From: Nitrospirota bacterium
Lineage (GTDB): Bacteria; Nitrospirota; Thermodesulfovibrionia; Thermodesulfovibrionales; UBA9159
DNA length: 64,000 nt
Direction of reading: 5' to 3'
Assembly: GCA_963699545.1 (NCBI GenBank)
Contig: CAVOUE010000006.1
Coordinates: 32,001-96,000, forward strand
In this document: positions 42,412 to 52,087 of the stretch, in pieces
Layout: every line of letters begins with the position of its first letter
How positions within the stretch are numbered: the stretch's first letter is position 1
Program-made: the position numbers and the translations under genes
Notes under the pieces: generated by a model
The model's input: the letters and a program-made list of their open reading frames with translations, nothing else
What the model was told of the DNA's origin: nothing
The model's database searches: none

Positions 42412-43611
42412 ATGATCGAACTGAAATTCAGAAATATAGGCATGAAAGACGATAAGAAGGGATCCGTATCTGTGCCCCGATGCGGCTGTGCAAGTTACGC
42501 TGGCAATGTGGATCACAAACCTGTGGCGGAATCTTGTTGCCCCGGAACCCGGGGGAAAGCGCCGGGATGGGTGACCGGAACTGTTGCGTCCCCAATCGGC
42601 TTGATCTTCCGGGTGTCGCCCGAACTTTCAAGAGCGGATATTTGGGAGCACGTCAAATGCAGAATAAGCGCATTCAGGAACGGTTATACGGTTGACCCCG
42701 GCCTGTACGCCGTGGGCGATCCGGATAAAGACTCTGATGTCCTTGCAAGTGCAAACTATAAGTTCAGTTTTGATATGCTCAGGAGCGAACTGAAAGGGCT
42801 TAATGTCTGGCTCCTTGTTCTGGATACGAAAGGTATCAATGTATGGTGTGCCGCAGGGAAGAGTACCTTTGGCAGCGATGAGCTGGCGAAACGCATTTCC
42901 ATGACCCAGTTAGATAAAGTAGTCGCGCACAAAAGGGTTATCGTTCCCCAGCTTGGTGCGCCAGGGGTTAGTGCACATCGGGTAAAACAGGCTACCGGGT
43001 TCAAGGTCTTTTTCGGACCGGTATATGCTCAAGATATCTCCGCGTATGTCAGGGGAGGATATAAAGCAACGAGAGAGATGCGAAGAGTGAAGTTCAGCTT
43101 TTCTGACAGGCTTGTTCTCACTCCCATGGAAATCAATCCTGCGATGAAGAAATACTATCCCTTATATGCTCTCCTCATACTATGCATTTTTGGGCTTTCC
43201 CCATCGGGTATCTCGTTCAGAGACGCATTCACCGGCGGCCTGCCCTTTCTCCTTCTCGGCCTTGTATCAGTGCTTTCCGGGGCATTGTTCACCCCTCTGC
43301 TTCTCCCTTTCGTTCCTTTCAGGTCTTTTGCCGTCAAGGGGTGGATTGTCGGAATGCTTTCTGTCTTTCTTTCGCTTACACTGATCTCTCCCCTCAATCC
43401 GTCGAATACGACACTTCTCATTTTCACCTATCTGTTCTTCCCTCTGTTAAGTTCCTATGTTGCGCTTCAGTTCACCGGGTCAACTACGTTTACGGGGATG
43501 TCGGGGGTGAAGAAGGAACTGAGGATCGCTATCCCTGCTTACCTTTTTTCGGGTGGAGTTTCCCTGGTCCTGCTGTCAATATTCACACTTGCCCGGTGGG
43601 GGCTCTTATGA
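42412..43611 (+). CDS. hgcA: Mercury methylation corrinoid protein HgcA
   Basis: YTVDPGLYAVG, ANYKFSFD, cap-helix DTKGINVWCAAGK, PQLGAPGV, C-terminal TM helices and FTGSTTFTGMSGVKKE; alternative start 42442. Confidence 0.95.
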   Translation: MIELKFRNIGMKDDKKGSVSVPRCGCASYAGNVDHKPVAESCCPGTRGKAPGWVTGTVASPIGLIFRVSPELSRADIWEHVKCRISAFRNGYTVDPGLYAVGDPDKDSDVLASANYKFSFDMLRSELKGLNVWLLVLDTKGINVWCAAGKSTFGSDELAKRISMTQLDKVVAHKRVIVPQLGAPGVSAHRVKQATGFKVFFGPVYAQDISAYVRGGYKATREMRRVKFSFSDRLVLTPMEINPAMKKYYPLYALLILCIFGLSPSGISFRDAFTGGLPFLLLGLVSVLSGALFTPLLLPFVPFRSFAVKGWIVGMLSVFLSLTLISPLNPSNTTLLIFTYLFFPLLSSYVALQFTGSTTFTGMSGVKKELRIAIPAYLFSGGVSLVLLSIFTLARWGLL

Positions 43612-43904
43612 AATACCTGCTGGGCGTTGCAAGCCTCGAACTTTTCCCAGATAAGTGCACAGGCTGCGGGATGTGCGTCGAAGTGTGCCCCCATGAAGTG
43701 TTCACACTGACGGACAGGACAGTGGCAATCCTGGACAAGGACAGGTGCATGGAGTGCGGAGCCTGCGTGAATAACTGTGCCTTTGGCGCGTTGAGTGTCA
43801 ATAGAGGGGTTGGATGCGCTGCAGCTCTCATCAACAGCATGATCACCGGCGGTGAGCCTTCCTGCGACTGCAGCGAAAAAGGGGAAACGAGTGATTGCTG
43901 CTGA
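43608..43904 (+). CDS. hgcB: Mercury methylation 2[4Fe-4S] ferredoxin HgcB
   Basis: ATG overlaps hgcA stop; CTGCGMCVEVCPH, CMECGACVNNC, GVGCAAA, C-terminal SCDC...DCC. Confidence 0.95.
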   Translation: MKYLLGVASLELFPDKCTGCGMCVEVCPHEVFTLTDRTVAILDKDRCMECGACVNNCAFGALSVNRGVGCAAALINSMITGGEPSCDCSEKGETSDCC

Positions 43905-43936
43905 TCTCGTCAAAAAGGAAAGTAAGGAGGAGAAAA

Positions 43937-44188
43937 ATGGATAATCGCACAAAAGAATTGATAGCGGTGGGAGCATCGGTGACCGCAAACTGTCAGCCAT
44001 GTTTGCAATACCACGTGAGCAAAGCTCTTGAAAGCGGAGCAAATGAAGAGGAAATCAGGGAAGCCGTTTCGGTGGCAAAGATGGTGCGAAAGGGTGCGAT
44101 GGCGAAAATGGACCAGTTTGCTTCAGGTGTATTCAATACCGCAGAAGCAGCAGTACGCCCTTCGAGAGAGGGGTGTGGGTGCAGCTGA
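43937..44188 (+). CDS. Carboxymuconolactone decarboxylase/AhpD-like small protein
   Basis: AAGGAGG SD; KELIAVGASVTANCQPCLQYH...GANEEEIREA; C-terminal GCGCS. Confidence 0.85.
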   Translation: MDNRTKELIAVGASVTANCQPCLQYHVSKALESGANEEEIREAVSVAKMVRKGAMAKMDQFASGVFNTAEAAVRPSREGCGCS

Positions 44189-44198
44189 CACGACTTGC

Positions 44199-45289
44199 CT
44201 ACGACCGGCTCCGGGAGGTTGAATAGCGAGGCGCAAGGATGGCGAGGATCTGTTCCTGCACTTCTTCCGGCGTCATGATGGCGCCGCCGGGCCTGCCATA
44301 GAAATGGACCTTTGATTTTCCGCTGATCGAGAGTCTCACATCCTCCACCATCTGTCCTGCGTTCAGTTCGATGGTGAGGAATTCCCTCCCCTTTCCGGCG
44401 AGAGCGTGAAGTTCCTTTTCAGGGAAGGGGAAAAGGGTAACGGGCCTGAAGAGCCCCACTCTGAAGCCGTCATGCCTCAGTTTCCTCACCGCGGAATGAG
44501 CGATCCTTGCAGTGATGCCGAAGGCGACGACGATGAGTTCTGCATCATCGGTATAGAAGGTGTCATAACGCACTTCCGTCTCTTTCATCCTCCGGTACTT
44601 CTCCTGCAGGAGATTGTTCCTCATCTCCAGTTCTCCTTCGCCCATATAGAGGGACTTCAGAACATTGGGCTCTCTTCCCCTGCATCCCGTAAGGGCCCAG
44701 GTCTTTTCAGGAAGCCCGGGGTCCACATAGGGAGTCGGGAAAAAGGCTCCATCATCTGCCCGAGTATTCCGTCGGCAAGGATCATTGCAGGGTTCCGGTA
44801 TTCGTCGGACTTGTCAAAGGCGAGCATGGTCGCATCCCAGAGTTCCTGGAGATTGTACGGCGCATAAACGAGGAGCTTGTAGTCACCGTGTCCCCCTCCC
44901 TTCACCGCCTGAAAATAGTCCGCCTGACTGCCTGATATATTCCCAAGACCGGGACCGCCCCGCTGCATGTTCACGATCACTGCGGGAAGTTCCGACCCCA
45001 CCAGGAACGAGATGCCTTCCTGCTTCAGACTTACCCCCGGACTACTGGAGGAGGTCATGGCCCTCGTCCCGCACGCCGAAGCGCCGTACACCATGTTAAT
45101 GGCAGCCAGTTCGCTCTCGGCCTGGATGAATATCCCGTCCACTTCGGGCATCCTCCTGGACATGTACTCAGGGATCTCGTTCTGGGGAGTAATGGGATAC
45201 CCTGCATAAAAACGGCATCCGGCCTGAACAGCAGCCTCTGCTATCACCTCGTTGCCCTTCATGAACAATTTCTCCTGCATGGGTTGCAT
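44199..45289 (-). CDS. vorB: 2-oxoacid:ferredoxin oxidoreductase alpha-type subunit (VorB-like; frameshift near 44735)
   Basis: [71 protein letters not shown]. Confidence 0.85.
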
Positions 45290-45326
45290 TATACCATATT
45301 CCGGGAAGCGGGAATTGGCCCCTATG

Positions 45327-45435
45327 AAGAACCCTGCGGCAAAAAAACGCAGGGTTCTTAACGTAATGAACCATTTGCTATTATATTCGCTCGCTAACCC
45401 CGCAGCCCGCCTGAGGCGGAGGGAATGCGCTCGCT
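45327..45435. repeat. Pair of related palindromic units (REP/MITE-like) in vorB-glyQ spacer
   Basis: AAGAACCCTGCG-N9-CGCAGGGTTCTT perfect hairpin and related AACCCCGCAGC...GGGAATGCGCTCGC unit downstream. Confidence 0.45.
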
Positions 45436-45490
45436 GTCCGTTTCATTTGACAAAATTTAGGCCCTTCTTATATGATTTCCTGACATCGTC

Positions 45491-46408
45491 ATGAATTTTC
45501 AGACCCTCATTTTACGACTCCAAGAATTCTGGGCAAAAAGGGACTGCGTGCTCCTTCAACCCTATGATATGGAAGTGGGAGCGGGGACTTTCCATCCTGC
45601 TACCTTCTTCAGGGTTCTCGGTCCTGAGCCGTGGAGGGTGGCGTATGTAGAACCTTCACGGAGACCCACGGACGGCAGGTATGGAGAGAACCCCAACCGG
45701 CTCCAGCATTATTACCAGTACCAGGTTATCCTGAAACCCTCTCCCCTTGAGAGCCAGCAGCTCTACCTCGACAGTCTCATCCATCTCGGCATCGACCCGT
45801 TGAAACACGACATACGGTTTGTGGAGGATGACTGGGAATCGCCCACCCTCGGAGCATGGGGCCTTGGGTGGGAGGTGTGGCTCGACGGCATGGAGATCAC
45901 CCAGTTCACGTATTTCCAGCAGGTGGGGGGCATTGACCTGAAACCGGTCGCTGTGGAGATCACCTACGGCCTCGAAAGGATCGCCATGTACCTGCAGGGA
46001 GTGGACAATGTTTACAACCTTGACTGGGGCAGCGGCGTCAGGTACGGAGATATCCACCACATTGAAGAAGTGGAATTCTCAAAGTACAATTTCGATTTTG
46101 CTGATACCGAGCTGCTCATGAAGGAGTTTGAGGCCTACGAAAAAGAATCAAGGAGACTGAACGGGCTCGGCCTTGTCACGCCCTCCTACGAGTTCTGCCT
46201 CAAATGTTCCCATACCTTCAACCTCCTGGATGCCAGGGGAGCTTTCTCTGTCACTGAGAGGACAGGGTACATCGCCCGCGTCCGGGGAATTGCAAAGCTT
46301 TGTGCAGAGGCGTTTCTGAAGCAGAGAGAAGAGCTGGGATTTCCGCTCTTGAAAGACAACGATATTACAGCGCCGGGGAAAGAACTGAAAAATGCAGCAG
46401 ACAAATAG
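45491..46408 (+). CDS. glyQ: Glycine-tRNA ligase alpha subunit
   Basis: [52 protein letters not shown]. Confidence 0.97.
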   Translation: MNFQTLILRLQEFWAKRDCVLLQPYDMEVGAGTFHPATFFRVLGPEPWRVAYVEPSRRPTDGRYGENPNRLQHYYQYQVILKPSPLESQQLYLDSLIHLGIDPLKHDIRFVEDDWESPTLGAWGLGWEVWLDGMEITQFTYFQQVGGIDLKPVAVEITYGLERIAMYLQGVDNVYNLDWGSGVRYGDIHHIEEVEFSKYNFDFADTELLMKEFEAYEKESRRLNGLGLVTPSYEFCLKCSHTFNLLDARGAFSVTERTGYIARVRGIAKLCAEAFLKQREELGFPLLKDNDITAPGKELKNAADK

Positions 46409-48502
46409 CTCAGCCGTTCCCCCACAGCCGGACCGTCTTTCATCCCTTCTGCTTGAAATGGGCACTGAGGAGGTTCCCGCCAGGTTCCTGCCCCCTGCCC
46501 TTGCCATGCTGAGGGACAATACCGAATCCATTTTCAACGACTCCCTTATCGGTTTTACAGACATTCAGACCTATGCTACCCCGAGGCGCCTCACGGTACT
46601 GGTGAAAGGCATCCCCCCCATGCAAAAAGACAGGGCAAAGGAGGTCTTCGGTCCTTCGAAAAAGGCGGCATTTGATGAATCAGGCAATCCCACAAGGGCC
46701 GCCGCCGGCTTTGCCCAGTCCCAGGGAGTGGAGGTCGCCGACCTTGTGATCAGGAATAAGGACAAAGGGGAATATGTGGTTGCGGTGATCAGGCAGGAAG
46801 GCATTGCGGTCAGAGACCTCCTTCCCGGAGTGCTTAGTAAGGTGGTGCTGTCTTTGAGCTTTCCGAAATCCATGAGGTGGGGCAGCGGCAGTCTGAGATT
46901 TGTAAGGCCCCTTCACTGGCTGCTGGCCCTCCTTGACGGGGAGACCGTCCCTTTCGATATCGACGGGATACGGAGCGGGAATATCACAAAGGGCCACCGT
47001 TTTCTTTCTCCGGGTTCCTTTGCCGTAAAGGAGATACCGTCTTACACCCACCTTCTCGAGAATAACTATGTGGTCGTGGACCAGGATGAGAGAAGGAGGA
47101 GGATCGATTCGGGCATCGCAGCCCTTGCCTCTTCGGTGGGGGGAAAGGTGACGAATGACCGGGAACTCCTTGAGACCGTCACCTATCTTGTGGAGTACCC
47201 GGTGCCGGTCCTGTGTGAATTCCCCGAGGACTATCTCCGTCTCCCCAGGGAACTTCTTGTGACCGTGATGAAGGGCCACCAGAAATACTTTGCGGTGGAG
47301 GGAGAAGACGGGAAGCTCAAGAACAGTTTCATCGTCATCAGCAATACAAAGGACGAGAACGCTGAGACCATCAGAACGGGTGCGGAACGGGTCATAAAGG
47401 CACGGTTCGAAGATGCACGGTTTTACTATGAGGACGATATCAGGAAGCCCCTGAAGGAAAGGATAGAGGACCTCAAGCGGGTGACCTTCCATGACAAACT
47501 GGGAACGCTCCATGACAAGACAGAGAGGATCGTTGCTCTGGCATCATACGTCGCCAGCAGACTTTGCCCTGATACAATGAACGTTATTGAGAGGGCTGCA
47601 CGTCTCAGCAAGACCGATCTCATCACCGGCGTCGTGGGTGAATTCCCGGAGCTGCAGGGCCTCATGGGCAGATACTATGCGCTGAATGACGGCGAAGGCA
47701 GCGAAGTGGCGGAGACGATCCTGCAGCAGTACCTGCCGGCCCATTCCGGCGACAGACTTCCGGAATCTGACGAAGGCGCCATTCTCAGCCTCTCGGACAA
47801 AGTGGACAACATCGTTTCATTCTTTGCCATCGGTTCTACGCCCACCGGCTCGGAAGACCCCTTTGCACTGAGGAGGCAGGCCCTGGCAGTAATCGCCATC
47901 CTCCTGGAAAAGGGCTATGACATTACATTGGAAGAGATGGTCAGGAAGGCTGAAGAGAAGGCATGCGGAGCCCGGCTCTCTCTCCTGACCGAGGTTCTTA
48001 CCTTCTTCAGCCAGAGAATGGAACCACTGCTTTCCTCCCAGGGCCACGCACCTGATATCATCCAGTCGGTCATCCGCTTCGTGAGGCGAGTGTTCCGCTG
48101 CGGGAGATCAGGGAGAGGATCGCTGCCATTAACGCGTTTCACCTCCGACACCGAGTACAATGCGTTCCTCCTTGCGATGAAACGCATAAACAATATCGTC
48201 CCCGATACGGAGTTACCGCAGGTATCAAAGGACCTCCTCAGGAAGTGGAAGAAAAGATCCTCTTTGCCGAGTTACTCTCCACGGCAAAGCCGGCCTTGCA
48301 CACACTGCTGCAGGAGGGAAATTACTACGAGGCACTTAAGGTGTCATCCACGCTGACCAAATTTATCAACAGTTTCTTTGACGGGGTCCTGGTGATGGAC
48401 AAGAGGGATGAGGTCAAGCTGAACAGGTTCGCCCTTCTCAGGGAAATCTGGACCATGACCTCTCCCATTGCGGACTTCTCCAAACTTAAGGAGACCAGGT
48501 AA
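46392..48502 (+). CDS. glyS: Glycine-tRNA ligase beta subunit (frameshifts in last third)
   Basis: [49 protein letters not shown]-terminal FFDGVLVMD...NR...ADFSKL in ORF 48245..48502. Confidence 0.94.
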
Positions 48503-48767
48503 CTTCAGTCCTCGCGTTCTCACAGCCCCCGCTGCTGCAAACGTCTTCTCTCCCTGCTCTTAGCTCACATTATGTCTCAGCCCGGGAACAGAAATAGGAT
48601 TTCCCAAATCTTCCCTCTCTCCCCTCCCACAAGAGGAGGGGACTTGTTGGAGATCGAGTTTTTCTATCCCTGTTTTTGGGCTTGGCATAGGGATAGATAT
48701 TGCGGAGCTTCTGTGATAAGATTTGGATATGTTCAAAAGGGATTCCCGGTTATGAAAGGAGGTCATG

Positions 48768-48935
48768 ATGCCGGCATATGAATATGGTTGCAAAGACTGT
48801 AACGGGGAATTCGTCGTCTTCCTCTCCATCAAGGAATATGACGCAAAGCCGAAGATCAAATGTCCTCACTGCGGGAGCGACAACGTGGTAAAAAAAATTA
48901 CGAGTTTCTTCGCCAAGACAAGCAGGAAATCATAA
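48768..48935 (+). CDS. FmdB-family zinc-ribbon protein (55 aa), not in ORF track
   Basis: AAAGGAGGT SD; MPAYEYGCKDCNGEF...KCPHCGSDNVVKKITSF. Confidence 0.85.
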   Translation: MPAYEYGCKDCNGEFVVFLSIKEYDAKPKIKCPHCGSDNVVKKITSFFAKTSRKS

Positions 48936-48986
48936 AAGCTTGACGGAGATTAAGAAAAGCAACAGGTAATAATCTCAGGAGGGGGA

Positions 48987-49454
48987 ATGGAAAAGAAAGG
49001 ATCTCCAAAGGTCACGGGGATATCGGATATTACAGGGAAAACCGTGAAGGTCCGTCACGCCATTGATGCGGACATGACATTCATTGAGGAAGAGCTGAAA
49101 AAGAGCGGCATCGATGCGGGAACCCTGGACTATGGCGAATTCGTGGTCGCCACGGAAGACGGGAACATAGCAGGCTTCGGCAGGCTGAGAAGGACAGGGA
49201 AGTTCTATCAGATCGGCTGTGTTGTGGTGGTAGAGAAGAAGAGGGGCCAGGGCATAGGCGCGCTCATCGTGAAGCACCTTTTGGACTTCGCCGAAGTGGA
49301 TATGGTGTACATCCTGACAGACCTGGTGGACTATTTCAGGAAACTCGGTTTCGTGGAGATGAAGGAAGGCTCCAAGGAGCTCTTCGATGCCCTGGACGAG
49401 GAGTGTAAGGTCAAGGGCATGCCCAATACCGTCATTATGATGCACGGAAAGTAA
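48987..49454 (+). CDS. GNAT-family N-acetyltransferase
   Basis: VVEKKRGQGIGALIV acetyl-CoA motif, YFRKLGF. Confidence 0.85.
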   Translation: MEKKGSPKVTGISDITGKTVKVRHAIDADMTFIEEELKKSGIDAGTLDYGEFVVATEDGNIAGFGRLRRTGKFYQIGCVVVVEKKRGQGIGALIVKHLLDFAEVDMVYILTDLVDYFRKLGFVEMKEGSKELFDALDEECKVKGMPNTVIMMHGK

Positions 49455-49591
49455 CCGCGAACCGAAGTAGGGTCATTCTGTTCACCCCGCCCTGTCCCCG
49501 GGGTAGCATAGTGCGGTGGCCAACTATTGACTTTTTAATGGATTTTCTATTATCCTATTGAACTTTTTGATAACGATAAGGATGGTGCTTA

Positions 49592-50018
49592 ATGAGGACG
49601 CAGTTTGCAAAGAAAAACGAGGTAGAACGGAAATGGTATCTCTTTGATGCCAGGGACAGGGTACTGGGAAGGCTTGCCACCAGGATAGCGACGTATCTCA
49701 GGGGAAAGAACAAGCCGCTCTTTACCCCGAACGTGGATACGGGGGACTTTGTGGTTGTGGTGAATGCCGAGAAGATCAAGCTCACCGGGAAAAAACTGGA
49801 TGATAAGGTCTATTACCACCACTACAGGGTATATCGGCGGGATAAAGGCAATCACTGCAAAGGAACGCATGGACAAAGACCCTGAAGGGATGATCGTGGA
49901 CGCAGTGTGGGGCATGCTCCCCAAGGGCAGGCTCGGCAGGGCCATGCTGAAGAAGCTCAAGGTGTACCGGGGCTCTGAACACCCCCATTCCGCTCAAAAA
50001 CCCGAAATAATACAGTAA
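49592..50018 (+). CDS. rplM: 50S ribosomal protein L13 (frameshift near 49825)
   Basis: [58 protein letters not shown] in next frame. Confidence 0.96.
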
Positions 50019-50028
50019 AGGAGTTCAC

Positions 50029-50421
50029 ATGGTAGAAATCAGATACAACGCCACCGGCAGGAGAAAGACATCCATTGCCAGGGTGCTCGTCTCGTCGGGC
50101 AATGGTCAGATCACGGTCAATGAAAAACCGGTAGATTCCTATTTTCCGAGAGAGACCCTCAGGATGATGATACGTCAACCCCTTGAACTCACCGGGATGA
50201 TCGGAAAGCTCAACGTATCCGCAAAGGTCGAAGGCGGAGGGCTCACCGGACAGGCCGGGGCACTGAAACACGGTATTTCAAGGGCCCTGACCCAGCTGGA
50301 CAGTGACCTGCGGTCAAAGCTGAAGAAAGAAGGATTCCTTACGAGGGATCCGAGGGAGAAGGAAAGAAAGAAGTACGGTCAGAAAGGCGCAAGAAAGAGA
50401 TTCCAGTTCTCCAAGAGATAA
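50029..50421 (+). CDS. rpsI: 30S ribosomal protein S9
   Basis: [40 protein letters not shown]. Confidence 0.98.
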   Translation: MVEIRYNATGRRKTSIARVLVSSGNGQITVNEKPVDSYFPRETLRMMIRQPLELTGMIGKLNVSAKVEGGGLTGQAGALKHGISRALTQLDSDLRSKLKKEGFLTRDPREKERKKYGQKGARKRFQFSKR

Positions 50422-50428
50422 TTCCGGG

Positions 50429-51469
50429 ATGCTAAGAGTAGCCATATGCGGCGGCAGCGGTTATGCCGGGGCAGAACTTCTGCGGATACTGGCTGCTCAC
50501 CCGCACGTGAAGGTCACTGTTGTTACCTCAGAAAAATCCGCAGGAAAAAGAGTTGCCGACCTCTTCCCGCATCTCCAGAGGTATGAGAACCTCGTCTATG
50601 AACCCCTGGACAGGGAGAAGATCATCTCCAAGGCGGAGCTGTTCTTCATGGCCCTTCCCCATGCGGCATCACAGGTTGCGGTGGACTTCTTTGTCTCGCA
50701 CGGGAAAAAAGTCATTGATCTTTCGGCCGATTACCGGTTAAGGGATGCCAGGACCTATGAGGAATGGTACAAGGTCCCCCATATGTTCCCGGGAACCCTG
50801 AAGAAAGCGGTTTACGGGCTTCCGGAGCTTCACAGAAAAAAGATCGCGAAGGCGAGCCTCGTGGCAAATCCCGGGTGTTATCCCACCGGGGCGATAATCG
50901 CTCTCGCCCCTGCCGTCAGGAATGGTCTTGTTAAGCTCAGCTCTATTGTCATCGATTCCAAGTCAGGCACTTCAGGCGCCGGGAGACAGTCCGAGGTCTC
51001 CTTCTCCTACTGTGAAGTGAACGAGGGATTCAAGGCATACAGCGTGGCCTCCCACCGGCACACCCCGGAGATCGAGCAGGAACTCTCTGCGGTGGCGGGA
51101 AAAGGTATCAAGGTGAACTTTACTCCACACCTCCTGCCTGTTGACAGGGGCATATTGACCACCGTCTATGCAAGTCTCGCAAAGGGCCTTGAGGGAAAAC
51201 ATATCCACGATATCTACCGGGCCGCGTACGGGAAAGAACCGTTCACAAGGGTCCTCGAAATGGGCAAGTTCCCCAACGTGAAGAATGTCAGAGGCACCAA
51301 CCTCTGCGAATTGGGGGTCACCGTGAACGAGAGGACCGGTACTCTCATCGCCGTTGCTGCCATCGATAACCTCGTGAAGGGCGCATCCGGTCAGGCGGTG
51401 CACAACATGAATATCATGATGGGCTTTGATGAGACAGAGGCCCTCAATGCCATTGCCCTCTTCCCCTGA
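50429..51469 (+). CDS. argC: N-acetyl-gamma-glutamyl-phosphate reductase
   Basis: GGSGYAGAEL, IDLSADYRL, ANPGCYPT, SGTSGAGR, HRHTPEI, DNLVKGASGQA. Confidence 0.97.
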   Translation: MLRVAICGGSGYAGAELLRILAAHPHVKVTVVTSEKSAGKRVADLFPHLQRYENLVYEPLDREKIISKAELFFMALPHAASQVAVDFFVSHGKKVIDLSADYRLRDARTYEEWYKVPHMFPGTLKKAVYGLPELHRKKIAKASLVANPGCYPTGAIIALAPAVRNGLVKLSSIVIDSKSGTSGAGRQSEVSFSYCEVNEGFKAYSVASHRHTPEIEQELSAVAGKGIKVNFTPHLLPVDRGILTTVYASLAKGLEGKHIHDIYRAAYGKEPFTRVLEMGKFPNVKNVRGTNLCELGVTVNERTGTLIAVAAIDNLVKGASGQAVHNMNIMMGFDETEALNAIALFP

Positions 51470-51640
51470 TAAACAAAGGTTCACAAATCCACGGGCCGAG
51501 GGAATGCGCCTGAGGGCGCTCTATCGGGACTACGTCCTCAAAGGAAAGGTCAGACTTCCTGCAGAGGCGATCAAAGCACTCATAGGCCCCGACTGCGCCT
51601 ATCACCTCTACCGGTTATCCCCTAAAAGAAAACAGGGACC

Positions 51641-51868
51641 CTAGACGGACTCCACAGAAGCTATTTCAGGCAGCTTCTGTTTCAGCGTAGCTTCAATGCC
51701 TCTCTTCAGTGTCAATATAGACATCGGGCACGTGCCGCATGCGCCGACGAGCTTCACCTTCACTACCCCTTCCGGTGTCACATCCACAAGTTCCACGTTC
51801 CCGCCGTCACGCTGCAGCGCCGGTCTTATCACATTAAGTGCATCTTCAACCTTCGACCTGTCGATCAT
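51641..51868 (-). CDS. NifU C-terminal / Nfu-type Fe-S carrier
   Basis: IRPALQRDGGNVELV, GACGTCPMS..TLK.GIE; AGGAGGT SD. Confidence 0.92.
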   Translation of the reverse strand: MIDRSKVEDALNVIRPALQRDGGNVELVDVTPEGVVKVKLVGACGTCPMSILTLKRGIEATLKQKLPEIASVESV

Positions 51869-51922
51869 TTTCGCACCTCCTGACTTTTATTATATAGCAT
51901 AACGGAATTCCTGCAAGCTATC

Positions 51923-51938
51923 CATGACACATATCATA
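51923..51938. promoter_or_regulatory. CRP/FNR-type site CATGA-cacata-TCATA
   Basis: One mismatch to TATGA-N6-TCATA; centre 29.5 bp from minus-strand TATGCT (51901..51896) upstream of NifU-like gene. Confidence 0.6.
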
Positions 51939-51945
51939 AGAGAAA

Positions 51946-51980
51946 GGGGTTAAGGGGTCCGGGGTTCAAGGGGTCAAGGG
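51946..51980 (+). repeat. Short degenerate tandem repeat GGGG(T)TCAA
   Basis: GGGGTTAA GGGGTCC GGGGTTCAA GGGGTCAA GGG at left edge of AT-rich island. Confidence 0.6.
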
Positions 51981-52087
51981 AAAAGAAGAATGAGGACCGC
52001 TATTTGTTCAGAACCTTTGCGGCATCCTTTGCAAAATAGGTAAGTATGAGAAAAATAGTATTTTGTTCCTTTATTTTTCCTTCGTCA

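Noticed and set aside
43890-44230. Selenocysteine read-through at TGA after hgcB (DCC-TGA) or the CMD gene (GCGCS-TGA)
   Set aside because: Both ends match normal family C-termini and no convincing SECIS hairpin follows.
45300-45490. T-box leader for glyQS
   Set aside because: No T-box consensus; a TTGACA/TATGAT promoter-like sequence sits immediately before the ATG, leaving no room.
46392-50018. glyS and rplM as pseudogenes or programmed frameshifts
   Set aside because: Essential genes with intact motifs, no consistent slippery sequence, and the same pattern across the window points to sequencing indels.
51485-51644. Small ORF MRLRALYRDYVLKGKV... after argC
   Set aside because: Weak SD and no recognisable motif; may be a gene remnant but cannot be supported.
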